A stretch of DNA of 64,000 nucleotides from a bacterium (GCA_965219955.1 OZ244799.1:2976001-3040000); one strand, 5' to 3'; shown: positions 10,402-20,336, counted from the stretch's first letter. Translations and numbers: made by a program. The notes: a model not told the origin generated them from the sequence alone.

Positions 10402-10650
10402 CGGACCTCTCCGTCTTCAAAATGAAAAAACCAACCGCTGCGCGCGCAGGGCCGGCCGCAAAATTCGGAGTCGTTCAGGGGAGTTCGCCCGGCATCCCCT
10501 GTAAGGCGAAAGACCGCGCTGCCCCTCACGGCCTGTTTCCCGCAACGATGTAAAGGCGCGGCTGCGTAATCGCCTTCTATGAGAAACGACCAGCCGCGAC
10601 GAGGAGCGCCAAGCCTCGAAACTCAGGCGCGGACAGCGGCGAGCCGGCTT

Positions 10651-10851
10651 TTAGCCCTTCTCGCCCTCTCCGGCGGCGGACGCCTCTTTCTTGTCGGGCA
10701 GTTCCGGGTCGTCGCTCATCCCCTTCTTGAAGCTCTTGATTCCGCGAGCGAGGCCCGAGCCGATCTCGGGCAGACGCTTCGCGCCGAAGACCAGCACGCA
10801 TATCGCGAGGATGACCAAAAGCTCGGGAATGCCCATATTCATCGGAAACAT
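10651..10851 (-). CDS. tatA: Sec-independent translocase TatA/E
   Basis: [40 protein letters not shown]; 66 aa from the ATG at 10851. Confidence 0.92.
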   Translation of the reverse strand: MFPMNMGIPELLVILAICVLVFGAKRLPEIGSGLARGIKSFKKGMSDDPELPDKKEASAAGEGEKG

Positions 10852-10876
10852 CGGCAAAACTCCTATGGATGACCGA

Positions 10877-12058
10877 TCAGGAAGCCGCGTCCGCGTAGAC
10901 CTGCGTTGCGGCTCCGACACCATCTCCAGCCTTCGTAATATACCCCAATTTCGAGAAAATTACCTCAAGCGCCGAAAGAAGGTAGACCACGTTCGCCTGG
11001 GTGGCCCCGTGGCCCATCATCCCGATCCGCCATATCTTGCCGGCCACGGCGCCCAATCCGCCGCCGATCTCGATGTTGAAATCGCCCAGCAGGCTCTTGC
11101 GAACGGCGGCATCGTCCATGCCGTCTCTCAGGGCGACGGTGTTGAGCGTGGGCGTGCGCGCGCCCTCCTGCGCGAACATGGAAAGCCCGAGCGCCTCCAC
11201 GCCCGCCTGGAGCGCCTTGCTCGCCAGGGCGTGCCTCGCAAAGCGGGCTTCCAGACCCTCCTCGAAGATGATGCGGAGCGCTTCCCTGATCGCGTAGTTC
11301 ATGGAAATCGGGCCCGTGTGGTGATAGACGCGCTCGTTGCCCCAGTATTTCTCCACCATGCTCACGTCGAAATACCAACTCGTGACCTTGGATTTACGCT
11401 CGCGCACCTTGCCGAGTGCGCGCTCGCTGAAGGTGATGGGCGCAACGCCCGGCGGACAGGCCAGGCACTTCTGCGTGCCGCTGTAGGCGACCTCCACCCC
11501 CCACTTGTCGAGTTCCACGGGCACGCCGCCCAGGGAGGTGACGCAATCGAGCAGCAAGAGCGCGCCGTGCTCGCGGCACATCGCGCCGATTTCCTCCATC
11601 GGCTGGAGCACGCCCGTGCTGGTCTCCGCATGGACGATGCCGACCATCACGGCGTCGGGGTTGGCGTCGAGGGCGGCCTTCACGTCCTGTGGGTCGATGG
11701 GCTGACCCCAAGGGGCCTCCACCGTGACGACCTCCGCCCCGTAGCGCGACGCCACGTCGCTCATGCGTCCGCCGAACACGCCGTTCACGCAGATGACGGC
11801 CTTATCGCCCGGCTCGATGATGTTGCAGACCGACGCCTCCATCGCAGCGCTGCCCGTGCCCGATACGGGGAAGGTCACCTGGTTCTCGGTATTGAACAGA
11901 TCGCGAAGCATCCCCTGGCAATCGTCCATGACCGCCAGGAAATCGGGGTCCAGGTGCCCCACCACGTGGGTGCTCATGGCTTTCAGGATTCTCGGGTGAA
12001 CCGGGCTCGGCCCCGGCCCCAGCAATAAACGCAGATGCGGATTCAGCTCTCCAGACAA
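10877..12058 (-). CDS. Alanine-glyoxylate/serine-pyruvate aminotransferase (class V PLP)
   Basis: [34 protein letters not shown] (PLP Lys), IGGGLG..GKIWRIG; TTG start inferred. Confidence 0.92.
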   Translation of the reverse strand: MSGELNPHLRLLLGPGPSPVHPRILKAMSTHVVGHLDPDFLAVMDDCQGMLRDLFNTENQVTFPVSGTGSAAMEASVCNIIEPGDKAVICVNGVFGGRMSDVASRYGAEVVTVEAPWGQPIDPQDVKAALDANPDAVMVGIVHAETSTGVLQPMEEIGAMCREHGALLLLDCVTSLGGVPVELDKWGVEVAYSGTQKCLACPPGVAPITFSERALGKVRERKSKVTSWYFDVSMVEKYWGNERVYHHTGPISMNYAIREALRIIFEEGLEARFARHALASKALQAGVEALGLSMFAQEGARTPTLNTVALRDGMDDAAVRKSLLGDFNIEIGGGLGAVAGKIWRIGMMGHGATQANVVYLLSALEVIFSKLGYITKAGDGVGAATQVYADAAS

Positions 12059-12275
12059 GACTTTTCCCTCGCTCGAATCAGGTGTTTGGAATGGATGAGA
12101 AGCCACCGACCCTCTCACTCGGCCTCTCGTTCCGAATTACGACCGCGAGATACTACCACACGCCCCAAGGGCCGCAAAGGGGGACGGGGGGTGAAAGGAG
12201 GAGAGGAAACGGAGAATCCAGGCTGCATGCTTCATCCTACGCGTCAGTTATCCGGGTCGTTCAAGTGGAGCGGGG

Positions 12276-12719
12276 TCATCTCTGCCTTTGTGAAGAATAA
12301 AGTTCGTGGTCGGGATCGATCCACACGACGTAGAAGGTGTCCAAAAGCAAAATCCCGTGAACGCGCCCATGCTCGTTTGCGGTGAGTTGAAATTGCCACG
12401 CCTGCTCGGATCGAAGCTGTTCATTGAGGGCGTGGAATCCCTGTGGTTCCGTGGTCTCGCTGAAATCGATGGGATGAGAACGCAGAGCGCTCGATCTGCT
12501 CGTCCGAAACTCTTTTGCGGTCAAGCGCGACAAGTCCCGGAGACGCTCCAGAAGGGTCTTCAGATACCCGTCCCGGCAACGAGTAAGACTGAACTTCGCG
12601 TTCCCCGTCAGATCCAGGTGCTTGAAGGAAAACCGGAGCGTGTCCGCATCCGGCAGCGGTTGAACAGATGGGATTGTTTCGGCTAAACGTGGAACCTTAC
12701 CCCGCCTGATCTTTCCCAT
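12276..12719 (-). CDS. Putative toxin of a Panacea TA module (RelE/BECR-like RNase candidate)
   Basis: Overlaps the 3' end of the DUF4065 gene; FSFKHLD...HGRVHGILLLDTFYVVWIDPDHELY C-terminus resembles RelE-superfamily toxins. Confidence 0.6.
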   Translation of the reverse strand: MGKIRRGKVPRLAETIPSVQPLPDADTLRFSFKHLDLTGNAKFSLTRCRDGYLKTLLERLRDLSRLTAKEFRTSRSSALRSHPIDFSETTEPQGFHALNEQLRSEQAWQFQLTANEHGRVHGILLLDTFYVVWIDPDHELYSSQRQR

Positions 12720-13161
12720 CGACCCTCGCCTTGTAGTAATTCCTCATGTCTTGATGAGAAATCACGTTATTCGACGGGGCATCCGGTGGCAGATCCCCAC
12801 GCGCATTTCGCCAAGGGTCCTCTTGGTGGGTAAGTTTTTCCAGATCGTAGGCGCTCAGTCCGCCGTACACGTCCATGACTTCGTCGAGGTGGTTTCGCGT
12901 CTGCGAATCGAATTCTTCTTCCTCCGGTTCAATGTCGATTGGCCGCCACGACCACGCTTTGTATTTCCCATAAACCGACGGCACGACAGGACCGTGAACC
13001 CACGCCTCGATGGGATCGTCGAACAAAGGCGCGTCGTAGAACGCAAGATGCCACGCCTGCGCGTAGTAGAGCAGCTTTTGGAGCTTTAGATTCGAGATGG
13101 GGTCGCCGTGCTCGTATGAAAATCCGATGATGTTTTGAGCGACTTGGTTTGCGCTCTTCAA
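12697..13161 (-). CDS. Panacea domain (DUF4065, SocA/GepA-like) antitoxin
   Basis: ISNLKLQKLLYYAQ, IEAWVHGPVVPSVY, LTHQEDPWRNAR signature motifs; TTG start after GGAAGGGA inferred. Confidence 0.9.
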   Translation of the reverse strand: MKSANQVAQNIIGFSYEHGDPISNLKLQKLLYYAQAWHLAFYDAPLFDDPIEAWVHGPVVPSVYGKYKAWSWRPIDIEPEEEEFDSQTRNHLDEVMDVYGGLSAYDLEKLTHQEDPWRNARGDLPPDAPSNNVISHQDMRNYYKARVDGKDQAG

Positions 13162-13320
13162 TTCAATATCCCTTCCGAGGCGGCGCAACTTGAACCGGGT
13201 GTGGAACGCATCCTCACTTGCTTCATCCATAAAACCACTTCAAGCCGGAATGTTCAAGCGCGTCCACCACCACACGAGCGCCATGGAGAAAGATGCGAGA
13301 GGCGCTTCAGGTGAGCAGAG

Positions 13321-13350
13321 TTGACAGACAATCTTGTGAAAACCTACTGT
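13321..13350 (+). promoter_or_regulatory. Candidate sigma70 promoter
   Basis: TTGACA-18 nt-TACTGT upstream of the AAGGA RBS and ATG at 13390. Confidence 0.35.
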
Positions 13351-13389
13351 GGAGTCGGGAATTGGCATACAACCTGGAAGAAAAGGACG

Positions 13390-13668
13390 ATGACCAAATT
13401 CGAGATGGTGACCCTTTTTCTGCAACAATCAATGCTCTTGGCGCAATACCCAATCGCATGGGTGGCAGGCGCAGTCTGTTTTGCGGGATACGCGCTCATC
13501 GGCGTTGAGTTCTGGATCATTCGGCGAGAGTTGAACGAGCGGGACAAGGCGCTGGACATACGCATGAAACAAGCGGTGGATAGTGGCAAGGCGCTGGATG
13601 CGCTCATCAAGAGAACAGAGGATCAGAGCCTCGCGCTGCGGACCCTCATCGAGCGAACAAGCAAATAG
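13390..13668 (+). CDS. Small hypothetical membrane protein (1 TM plus coiled coil)
   Basis: AAGGA RBS, hydrophobic segment IAWVAGAVCFAGYALIGV, C-terminal repeat ALDALIKRT / ALRTLIERT. Confidence 0.6.
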   Translation: MTKFEMVTLFLQQSMLLAQYPIAWVAGAVCFAGYALIGVEFWIIRRELNERDKALDIRMKQAVDSGKALDALIKRTEDQSLALRTLIERTSK

Positions 13669-13712
13669 AGCCAGCAGTATTGACCAACCGGAAATCCGGT
13701 GGTCGCCTCGTC

Positions 13713-14216
13713 TTACTCCCCGTCCAGTTCGATGTTGTCGTAATCGGGTATGGCGCCCATGCCCTTCTTGGCGGCCATGGACTTGCGCTCGTATTCCATC
13801 ACCAACTCTCCGCGCTGGTTGTAGGCGCGCGTCTTGATGGTCACGATCCCGCGGTCGGGCCGGCTCTTCGATTCGCGCTTGTCCAGAATCTCCGATTCCG
13901 AATAGAGCGTATCGCCCGCGAAGACGGGAGCGGGCATCTTGATGTAGGTCCACTCCAGGTTCGCCACCGAGCGGTAGGACGTGTCGGTGACCGTCATCCC
14001 CGCCACGACGGCCAGCGTGAGGGCGGAGTTCACGAGCGGCTTTCCGAACTGGGTCTTGGACGCGTAGTGGGCGTCGAAATGAATCGGGTGGGTGTTGTTC
14101 GTCAGCAGGGTGAACCAGGTGTTGTCCGATTCGAGTATGGTGCGGCCCGGCCTGTGCTTGATGACCTCGCCCACCACGAAATCCTCGTACCAGCGTCCCA
14201 TCTGAAAGTTCGGCAA
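13713..14216 (-). CDS. MaoC-family dehydratase (hotdog fold); ORF extends in frame to 14507
   Basis: GRWYEDFVVGEVIKHRPGRTI..DN..F.LLTNNTHPIHFD, PVFAGDTLY, AYNQRGE; AAGGAG RBS before the TTG at 14216. Confidence 0.88.
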   Translation of the reverse strand: MPNFQMGRWYEDFVVGEVIKHRPGRTILESDNTWFTLLTNNTHPIHFDAHYASKTQFGKPLVNSALTLAVVAGMTVTDTSYRSVANLEWTYIKMPAPVFAGDTLYSESEILDKRESKSRPDRGIVTIKTRAYNQRGELVMEYERKSMAAKKGMGAIPDYDNIELDGE

Positions 14217-14515
14217 GTCTTGCTCCTTTGAGGATTCTCTAAAACTCCAAGAGCCATTATTCTCTCGTATCCAACCCGCTGGCACACCGTTCGGCATTTT
14301 GTATATCTTGCCTGTTCGCTCCCAATTCCAGCCTTCTTTTTTTGCATCATTAAGTATTAAACCCGCAGCATTAAGGGTTGCTCCAAAGTGATCCGCGTAC
14401 CTTTGTTTGGTGAAACCACCAGCCGAGAGATGATCCATCGTGTAATTTAGTTTAGCGCCCATTATCGTATAATTCATCCGCGCTCCCTCATCTATATTAT
14501 CCCTCACCCACCTCT

Positions 14516-15667
14516 CTAGGCGGGGTATTGCTCCAGAAGCCTCTTGGCGATGATGAGGCGCTGAATCTCGTTCGAGCCCTCACCCACCACCAAGAGTTTC
14601 GAGTCCCTGAAATAGCGCTCCACAGGCAGCTCCTGGATGTAGCCCATGCCGCCGTGCACCTGAATGGCCTCGCTCGCGCAGAACTCCGCCGTTTCGGAGG
14701 CGAAGAACTTGGCCATGCCGGCCTCTAAATCGCACCGCTTGCCCTGGGCCTTCAGGTTCGCCGCGTGATACGTCATGAGCTTCGCCGCGTGGATGCGCGT
14801 CCCCATCTCGGCGAGTTTCGCCTGGATCAGCTGATGGCCCGCCAGCGGCTTGCCGAATGTCTCGCGCTGCTGGGAATAGCGCATCGAATCCTCGAATGCC
14901 GCGCGGGCGAGGCCCACGCTGCGCGCCGCCACGTTCACGCGGCCGCCCTCGAGCCCGCTCATGATCATCGGGAAGCCCTCGTTCTCCTGGCCCAGCAGGT
15001 TTTCGAGCGGCACGCGCGCGTCCTCGAACACGAGTTCGCTCGTGCGGATGCCCCGGTAACCCATCTTCTTCAAGTGCCGGCTCACCTGAAAGCCGGGCGT
15101 TCCCTTGTGGACGAGGATGCAGGAGATGCCCTTCGCCTTAGACTTTTCCGGATCGGTGCGCGCGAACACGCTGAACATCGTGCCGTGCTCGGCGTTCGAG
15201 ATGAACATCTTGGAGCCGTTCACCACCCACTGGTCGTCTTCCCGCACCGCGCGCGTCTTGAGAGCGGCGGCGTCGGAACCCGAACCCGGCTCGGTGAGCG
15301 CCATGCCCGAGTGCCACTCGCCGGTGGCCATCTTGGGAAGATAGGTCTTTTTCTGCTCATCCGTCCCGTAGTTCAGGATCATCCAGGCGGTCATCATGTG
15401 CGTGCCGAGGATGCCCGCCACGCTCATCCAACCGACGGAGAGCTCCTCCATGGCGATGGCGTAGCAAACCTCGTCCATGCCGCTCCCGCCGTATTCCTCG
15501 GGTATCGTGAAACCGAAATACCCCAGTTCCTGCATCTTCTCCACGACGGGCGTGGGGTATTTATCGGCGAGTTCGTATTCCATGGCGATGGGCATGACCT
15601 CGCGGTCCACGAATTCCTTCATCATCCGCTGAACGCTCGTCTGTAGCTCGGTGAACTGGAAATGCAA
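14516..15667 (-). CDS. Acyl-CoA dehydrogenase
   Basis: ALTEPGSGSD, NGSKMFISNA, KMGYRG, IQVHGGMGY, GEGSNEIQR. Confidence 0.95.
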   Translation of the reverse strand: MHFQFTELQTSVQRMMKEFVDREVMPIAMEYELADKYPTPVVEKMQELGYFGFTIPEEYGGSGMDEVCYAIAMEELSVGWMSVAGILGTHMMTAWMILNYGTDEQKKTYLPKMATGEWHSGMALTEPGSGSDAAALKTRAVREDDQWVVNGSKMFISNAEHGTMFSVFARTDPEKSKAKGISCILVHKGTPGFQVSRHLKKMGYRGIRTSELVFEDARVPLENLLGQENEGFPMIMSGLEGGRVNVAARSVGLARAAFEDSMRYSQQRETFGKPLAGHQLIQAKLAEMGTRIHAAKLMTYHAANLKAQGKRCDLEAGMAKFFASETAEFCASEAIQVHGGMGYIQELPVERYFRDSKLLVVGEGSNEIQRLIIAKRLLEQYPA

Positions 15668-15713
15668 GGGATGTTTCCTCCTGAAATGGAATAACCGGAA
15701 TTTTCGCCAAGTA

Positions 15714-16892
15714 TTAAATCACACCGCCGCTGCGCAAGTCCGCCACGTCGTCCGGGGAGTAGCCGAGAGCCTCGAGCACCTCCTCGGTATGCGCGCTCAG
15801 CCCCGGCGGGTGTTCGAGCCTGGGCGTCATCTCGCTGAACTTCACCGGAAAGCGGCACATCTTCAAGTTTCCGTATTCGCCTTCCACTTCGGGGAAAATC
15901 TCGCGGTGCGCCGTCTGGGGATGATCGCACACCTCGCCCAGATCGTTCACCGCTCCGCAGGGAACGCCGGCCTCCAAGAAAATCTTCCGCCACTCCTCGC
16001 GTTCTTTCGTGGCGAGGATCGGCAGGACCTGTTCCAGCAGGGCGTTCTTGTTCGCGTGCCTGTCGGCGTTGGTCGCGAAGCGCGGGTCGTCCACCCATTC
16101 GGGATGCCCGAGGACGCCCGCGAACAGCCGCCAGGTGTTCTCGTTTCCGCACGCGACGCCGATGAGCTTCCCGCCCTTGGCGGGGTAGGCCCCGTAAGGC
16201 GCCAGAAAATGATGCCCCACACCCACGCGGCCCGGCTTGGTTCCGTGCAGATAGTAGTGAAAGTGGAAGTAGCCCTGCATGCTCACCATGCAGTCGAACA
16301 TCGAGACGTCGAGCTCCTGGCCCTCGCCGGTGCGGTCGCGCTGTCTGAGCGCCATCATCGCGCCCAGGGCCACGAAAAGCCCCGTCACCCCGTCGCAGAT
16401 GGAATGGGCCATCTTGGCGGGGGATTCGGGCGGGCCCGTCATCTCCATGATGCCCGCTTCGGCCTGGATGAGGCCGTCGAACGCCTTCATGTCGCGGTAG
16501 GGGCCGTCCTGCCCGTAGCCCGAGGTGTGGATGTAGATGATGTCGGGCTTTATCTTCTTCACTTCCTCATACCCGAAGCCGAGCCTGTCTATTGCGCCGG
16601 GGCTGAAGTTTTCGAGAAAAACGTCCGCGCCCTCGAGCATCTCCCGGAGAATTTTCTTGCCGCGCTCGTCTTTCAGGTTCAGCGTCACGCTCTTCTTGTT
16701 GGGGTTCACCCAGAAGTGCACCGCCCCCTCGCCGAAGACCGCGTCGTCCCAGAGACGCACCATGTCGCCCGTTTTCGGGACTTCAACTTTTAAGACCTCC
16801 GCGCCGAAATCGGCCAGATGGCGCAGCCCCACCGGCCCGCTGATGGATACCCCGAGCGATACGATTCGAACGCCGTCGAGCGGAAGCGCCAC
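15714..16892 (-). CDS. CoA transferase, CaiB/BaiF family (family III)
   Basis: LADFGAEVLKVE, NKKSVTLNLK, ENFSPG, SGYGQDGP, RTGEGQELDVSM. Confidence 0.94.
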   Translation of the reverse strand: MALPLDGVRIVSLGVSISGPVGLRHLADFGAEVLKVEVPKTGDMVRLWDDAVFGEGAVHFWVNPNKKSVTLNLKDERGKKILREMLEGADVFLENFSPGAIDRLGFGYEEVKKIKPDIIYIHTSGYGQDGPYRDMKAFDGLIQAEAGIMEMTGPPESPAKMAHSICDGVTGLFVALGAMMALRQRDRTGEGQELDVSMFDCMVSMQGYFHFHYYLHGTKPGRVGVGHHFLAPYGAYPAKGGKLIGVACGNENTWRLFAGVLGHPEWVDDPRFATNADRHANKNALLEQVLPILATKEREEWRKIFLEAGVPCGAVNDLGEVCDHPQTAHREIFPEVEGEYGNLKMCRFPVKFSEMTPRLEHPPGLSAHTEEVLEALGYSPDDVADLRSGGVI

Positions 16893-17080
16893 GTTATTGC
16901 TCCTCGAAAAAGTGCGTCCCTAAAGCGAGGCCAAGGACGCGGCAACAGCCGCTCCCATGCCTTCGCGACTCATGCGGTTTCCCGACGAATGGGTCCATGC
17001 GAAACCACGAAAGGAGCCATGACAATACACCATCGATTTTACGGATGACAAGGTGGGGCGGGGTCAATTCCGGCTGAATT

Positions 17081-17389
17081 GGGGCTACTGAAAAAACCTT
17101 TGTCAAGGGAGCGAATATCCCTCCCCGGTCGAGTTCGACCCGCGAGGGCGCTCCTCCCTCATCCTGAGTAGGCGCGTGAGCGCCGTATCGAAGGATGGGG
17201 CGCATCTCTCCGGCGGGCGCAAATTTCGCCCTTCGATACGCCGCCTTCGGCGGCTACTCAGGATGAGGAAGGTGGGGGCGGAGCTTGTCCCGAGCGAAGT
17301 CGAGGGGCCGCTACTCAGGGTGAGGCGGAGTGGCTGGCTACGTAGGACGAGGAGGAAAATTGCGCCGCATCGGGCTTTTTAACAACCCC
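17081..17389. mobile_element. MITE-like mosaic with degenerate IS1182-type ends enclosing CTCATCCTGAG / CTCAGGATGAG palindromes
   Basis: GGGGCTACTGAAAAA at 17081 and TTTTTAACAACCCC ending at 17389. Confidence 0.55.
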
Positions 17390-17526
17390 GAACAAGGAGG
17401 AATTGCCCCCACCAAAGAAGTAGGGACAGGTCGCGACCTGTGGGACAGCCCCGAGGAGGGACTGTCACTACAGACGAAAACTGATGCCACGGAGGGATAG
17501 TTACAATACACCCACCACCAAACGCA

Positions 17527-17718
17527 TCAGATATTCCGATACCCGCTATCGCGATCTTCGCGGATGAGAACTTCGGAAGGTATCCGTATGCGACCTTTCG
17601 TCTTCTCACGGAGTCTTAAGGACAACTCAAGGAAAGACTTGCGCTTCGCTCCCATGTCTTCCTCGTCGCCGTCATAACTACGATGTCGCAACTTATCTTC
17701 ATGCTCGCTCATCATCAC
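17527..17718 (-). CDS. Short ORF, possible antitoxin fragment
   Basis: C-terminal PSEVLIREDRD resembles VapB/FitA-type antitoxin tails; ATGA overlap with the upstream ORF. Confidence 0.35.
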   Translation of the reverse strand: MMMSEHEDKLRHRSYDGDEEDMGAKRKSFLELSLRLREKTKGRIRIPSEVLIREDRDSGYRNI

Positions 17719-18086
17719 TCCCCCGCCTCATTGAGGTAAGCCTGGAAATCCCCCGGGATCTGCGAAATGAAGGCCACGGCGCGGTCGAGGGCGATGAACT
17801 CCATGTCTTCCGGGTCGTCGTCCACCTCGTCCCTGAGTTCGGTGAGGACGTCGAGATATTCCCCGGCCCTGGGCCCTGCGGCGGTATCTTTTTTCTCGGT
17901 GGGCGTTTTCTCCGCCTCCACGAAGTCCGCGAACGGGCCCACCTCATAAGAGATGAAGCAGAACATGTGATAGAGCGCCTTTTCCTCGACGCCGCCCTCT
18001 CCCTGCGCGTCTTTTCTGAGTTCGTTCAACTTCGCCAAAACGGGTTCGTGTTTCAACGGCTTCTCCTCGTCTCCTCCAGCACACAC
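17715..18086 (-). CDS. Hypothetical acidic protein with internal duplication
   Basis: Two similar halves (L.KLNELR...AL..MFCFIS...GPF..FV / LDVLTELR...AL.RAVAFIS...GDF..YL); high-GC codon usage; start uncertain. Confidence 0.55.
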   Translation of the reverse strand: MCAGGDEEKPLKHEPVLAKLNELRKDAQGEGGVEEKALYHMFCFISYEVGPFADFVEAEKTPTEKKDTAAGPRAGEYLDVLTELRDEVDDDPEDMEFIALDRAVAFISQIPGDFQAYLNEAGE

Positions 18087-18243
18087 TCAAGCGGCGTCTG
18101 GTGCAATTCGCGAGAGGACTATATATCAAAAACAAGTAACATCGAAATAACCATCACCGGCGTTTCAGGGCTGACAAGTCTGCTGAATTTATTGCATTCT
18201 AACTATGAGGTATTTTACCTGAAGCCGCGGCGCAGGAGACGTA

Positions 18244-18831
18244 ATGGCCAAGTTCGAAAGGCGAAAGATATTAGGAAAATGGAGAGAGGGATTCGCCCTT
18301 GATCTTCATACGTTAAGCAGTATCTACATTGGAGACGACGAATTTGGGCACCCTCGATTCGACACACAACGCTCGGAAATCGGCGAATTATTGTATAAAC
18401 TAAAGAACAGAATGGACAAGAACACTGTCCCTGAGCTCGTCGATGCCGTCGAACTGTTAATGAAGGAATGGAATCCACCTGTCGATATTCTGGTACCGGT
18501 TCCGCCTTCGACCTTGCGCCCTGTCCAACCCGTGCGCCTGTTGGCCGAAAGAATCAGCCAGCGGTTGGAGATTCCATTGGTTGACTGCATATCAAGAACA
18601 CGAAACATACCGCAATTGAAAAACACTTTCGATCTGGATGAACGTGCGAAACTTCTCGAAAATCTACATGCGGTGGATAAATCAGCAACGTGTGGCAAGT
18701 CAGTCTTGCTTTTCGACGATCTGTACAGATCCGGAGCGACGATGAATGCAATCACTACCGAACTACACGAGGCGGGCGAAGCAACCGATGTGTTCGCCCT
18801 GACGGTTACCAGGACACGGAGGCATCAATGA
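18244..18831 (+). CDS. ComF-like phosphoribosyltransferase
   Basis: IGELLYKLK, ILVPVPPS, PRPP-binding VLLFDDLYRSGATM. Confidence 0.88.
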   Translation: MAKFERRKILGKWREGFALDLHTLSSIYIGDDEFGHPRFDTQRSEIGELLYKLKNRMDKNTVPELVDAVELLMKEWNPPVDILVPVPPSTLRPVQPVRLLAERISQRLEIPLVDCISRTRNIPQLKNTFDLDERAKLLENLHAVDKSATCGKSVLLFDDLYRSGATMNAITTELHEAGEATDVFALTVTRTRRHQ

Positions 18832-19382
18832 CGACTGTTTTCATCGGCGGCTCACGCCGCGCCTCCCGCCTGAACGCGAATGTGCAGAGGCGGCTGGATA
18901 CCATTATAGAGAGGGAATTTTCGATTATCATCGGCGATGCGAACGGAGCCGACAAAGCCGTACAACAATATCTTCATGGCAAACACTATCGGAATGTAGA
19001 GGTCTTCTGTTCCGGTGAATCCTGCCGGAACAACGTCGGCGACTGGCGAACGCGCAATGTACCAGTCGAAAACCGCAAACGCGACGCCCAGTTTTATTCC
19101 GCTAAAGACCGCGTCATGGCGCAAGAAGCGACGATCGGCTTCATGTTGTGGGACGGCAAAAGTGTTGGGACTTTACTCAATTTATTCAGGCTTCTCCGTC
19201 TCAACAAAAAAGCTGTAATTTACACAACTCCGGAAAAAAAGTTTCAGGAATTCAAGAATTGGTGTGAATGGGAGAACTTCCTTGAGAGTCAAGATATCGG
19301 AGTGCGGCGCAAAGTCGAGCAGCGGACCAGGCTAGAAGGCACAGATAAAAACAAACAATACCTGATGTCTTTCCCCGCATAA
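18828..19382 (+). CDS. SLOG/DprA-like Rossmann-fold protein
   Basis: TVFIGGSR, IIIGDANGADKAVQQYL, KDRVMA, LWDGKSVGT are SLOG-superfamily-type motifs; ATGA coupling with the PRTase. Confidence 0.75.
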   Translation: MTTVFIGGSRRASRLNANVQRRLDTIIEREFSIIIGDANGADKAVQQYLHGKHYRNVEVFCSGESCRNNVGDWRTRNVPVENRKRDAQFYSAKDRVMAQEATIGFMLWDGKSVGTLLNLFRLLRLNKKAVIYTTPEKKFQEFKNWCEWENFLESQDIGVRRKVEQRTRLEGTDKNKQYLMSFPA

Positions 19383-19395
19383 GCCCTTCGAACCT

Positions 19396-20298
19396 CTATG
19401 AAATCGCCCGCGCCTCCACGCCCGCCATGCGCTCGAGCACCTTGACGATGGCGATGTGGTCGAGTTCCCCCTCCCCGTTCGCCACGAGGGAGTTGAAAAT
19501 CTGCGCGACGAGCGATGCGCCCGGAAGCGCCACTTCGCGCTCGCGCGCCTGCTCCAGCGCGTAGCGCAAATCCTTCACGTGGCTCGTTATCTTCCCGCCG
19601 GGGGAGAAATCGCCCGAGAGGATTTTCGGCGCCTTGACCTCCAGCCCCCCGCAGCGCGCGAGGCCCGCCCCCATGACGTCCACAAGGGCCGCGGGGTCGA
19701 GGCCGGCCTTGGCCCCGAACACGAGCGCCTCGCCCACGCCCAGGAAAGTGACGGCCACCAGAATCTGGTTCGCGAGCTTGGCGATGCACCCGGAACCCGC
19801 GGGCTCGCCCACGTGCACCACCTTCGCCCCCAGTACGTCGAGCAGGGGCTTGCAGCGCGCGAAGACGTCTTTGGGACCCCCGGCCATGATGGCGAGCGTT
19901 CCCTGCTCCGCTCCTTCGGGCGCGCCCGATACCGGCGCGTCGAGCATCCCGACGCCCTTGCCGAACAGCTCTTCTGCGACCTCAGCGGAGAAGGCCGGGT
20001 CGTTGCTCGTGCAGTCCACCAGAACGCTGCCTGACTTCATGGCCTGAAAAAGCCCGTTTTCCGAATAAACCACGTCTTTCAGGTTCGGGGCGTCGGGCAG
20101 CATGGTGAAGACGACTTCTGCGTGCGCCGCCACTTCCGCGGGCGAATCGCACGCTCTTGCGCCCTCTGCCGCAATCTCATCCACCGGCGGGCGGCTGCGG
20201 CTCGATACCGCCAGCGGATGCCCCGCCGCCAGAAACCGCCGCGCCATCGGCTTTCCCATCAGGCCCAGGCCCACGAAACCAACTGCCGTCTTGGACAT
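19396..20298 (-). CDS. 3-hydroxyisobutyrate dehydrogenase / tartronate semialdehyde reductase family
   Basis: GFVGLGLMGKPMA, LDAPVSG, KLANQIL, KDLRYAL. Confidence 0.92.
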   Translation of the reverse strand: MSKTAVGFVGLGLMGKPMARRFLAAGHPLAVSSRSRPPVDEIAAEGARACDSPAEVAAHAEVVFTMLPDAPNLKDVVYSENGLFQAMKSGSVLVDCTSNDPAFSAEVAEELFGKGVGMLDAPVSGAPEGAEQGTLAIMAGGPKDVFARCKPLLDVLGAKVVHVGEPAGSGCIAKLANQILVAVTFLGVGEALVFGAKAGLDPAALVDVMGAGLARCGGLEVKAPKILSGDFSPGGKITSHVKDLRYALEQAREREVALPGASLVAQIFNSLVANGEGELDHIAIVKVLERMAGVEARAIS

Positions 20299-20336
20299 TC
20301 ATTTCCTCCCGGTTGTGTATGGCGCGCTATCGTTCC

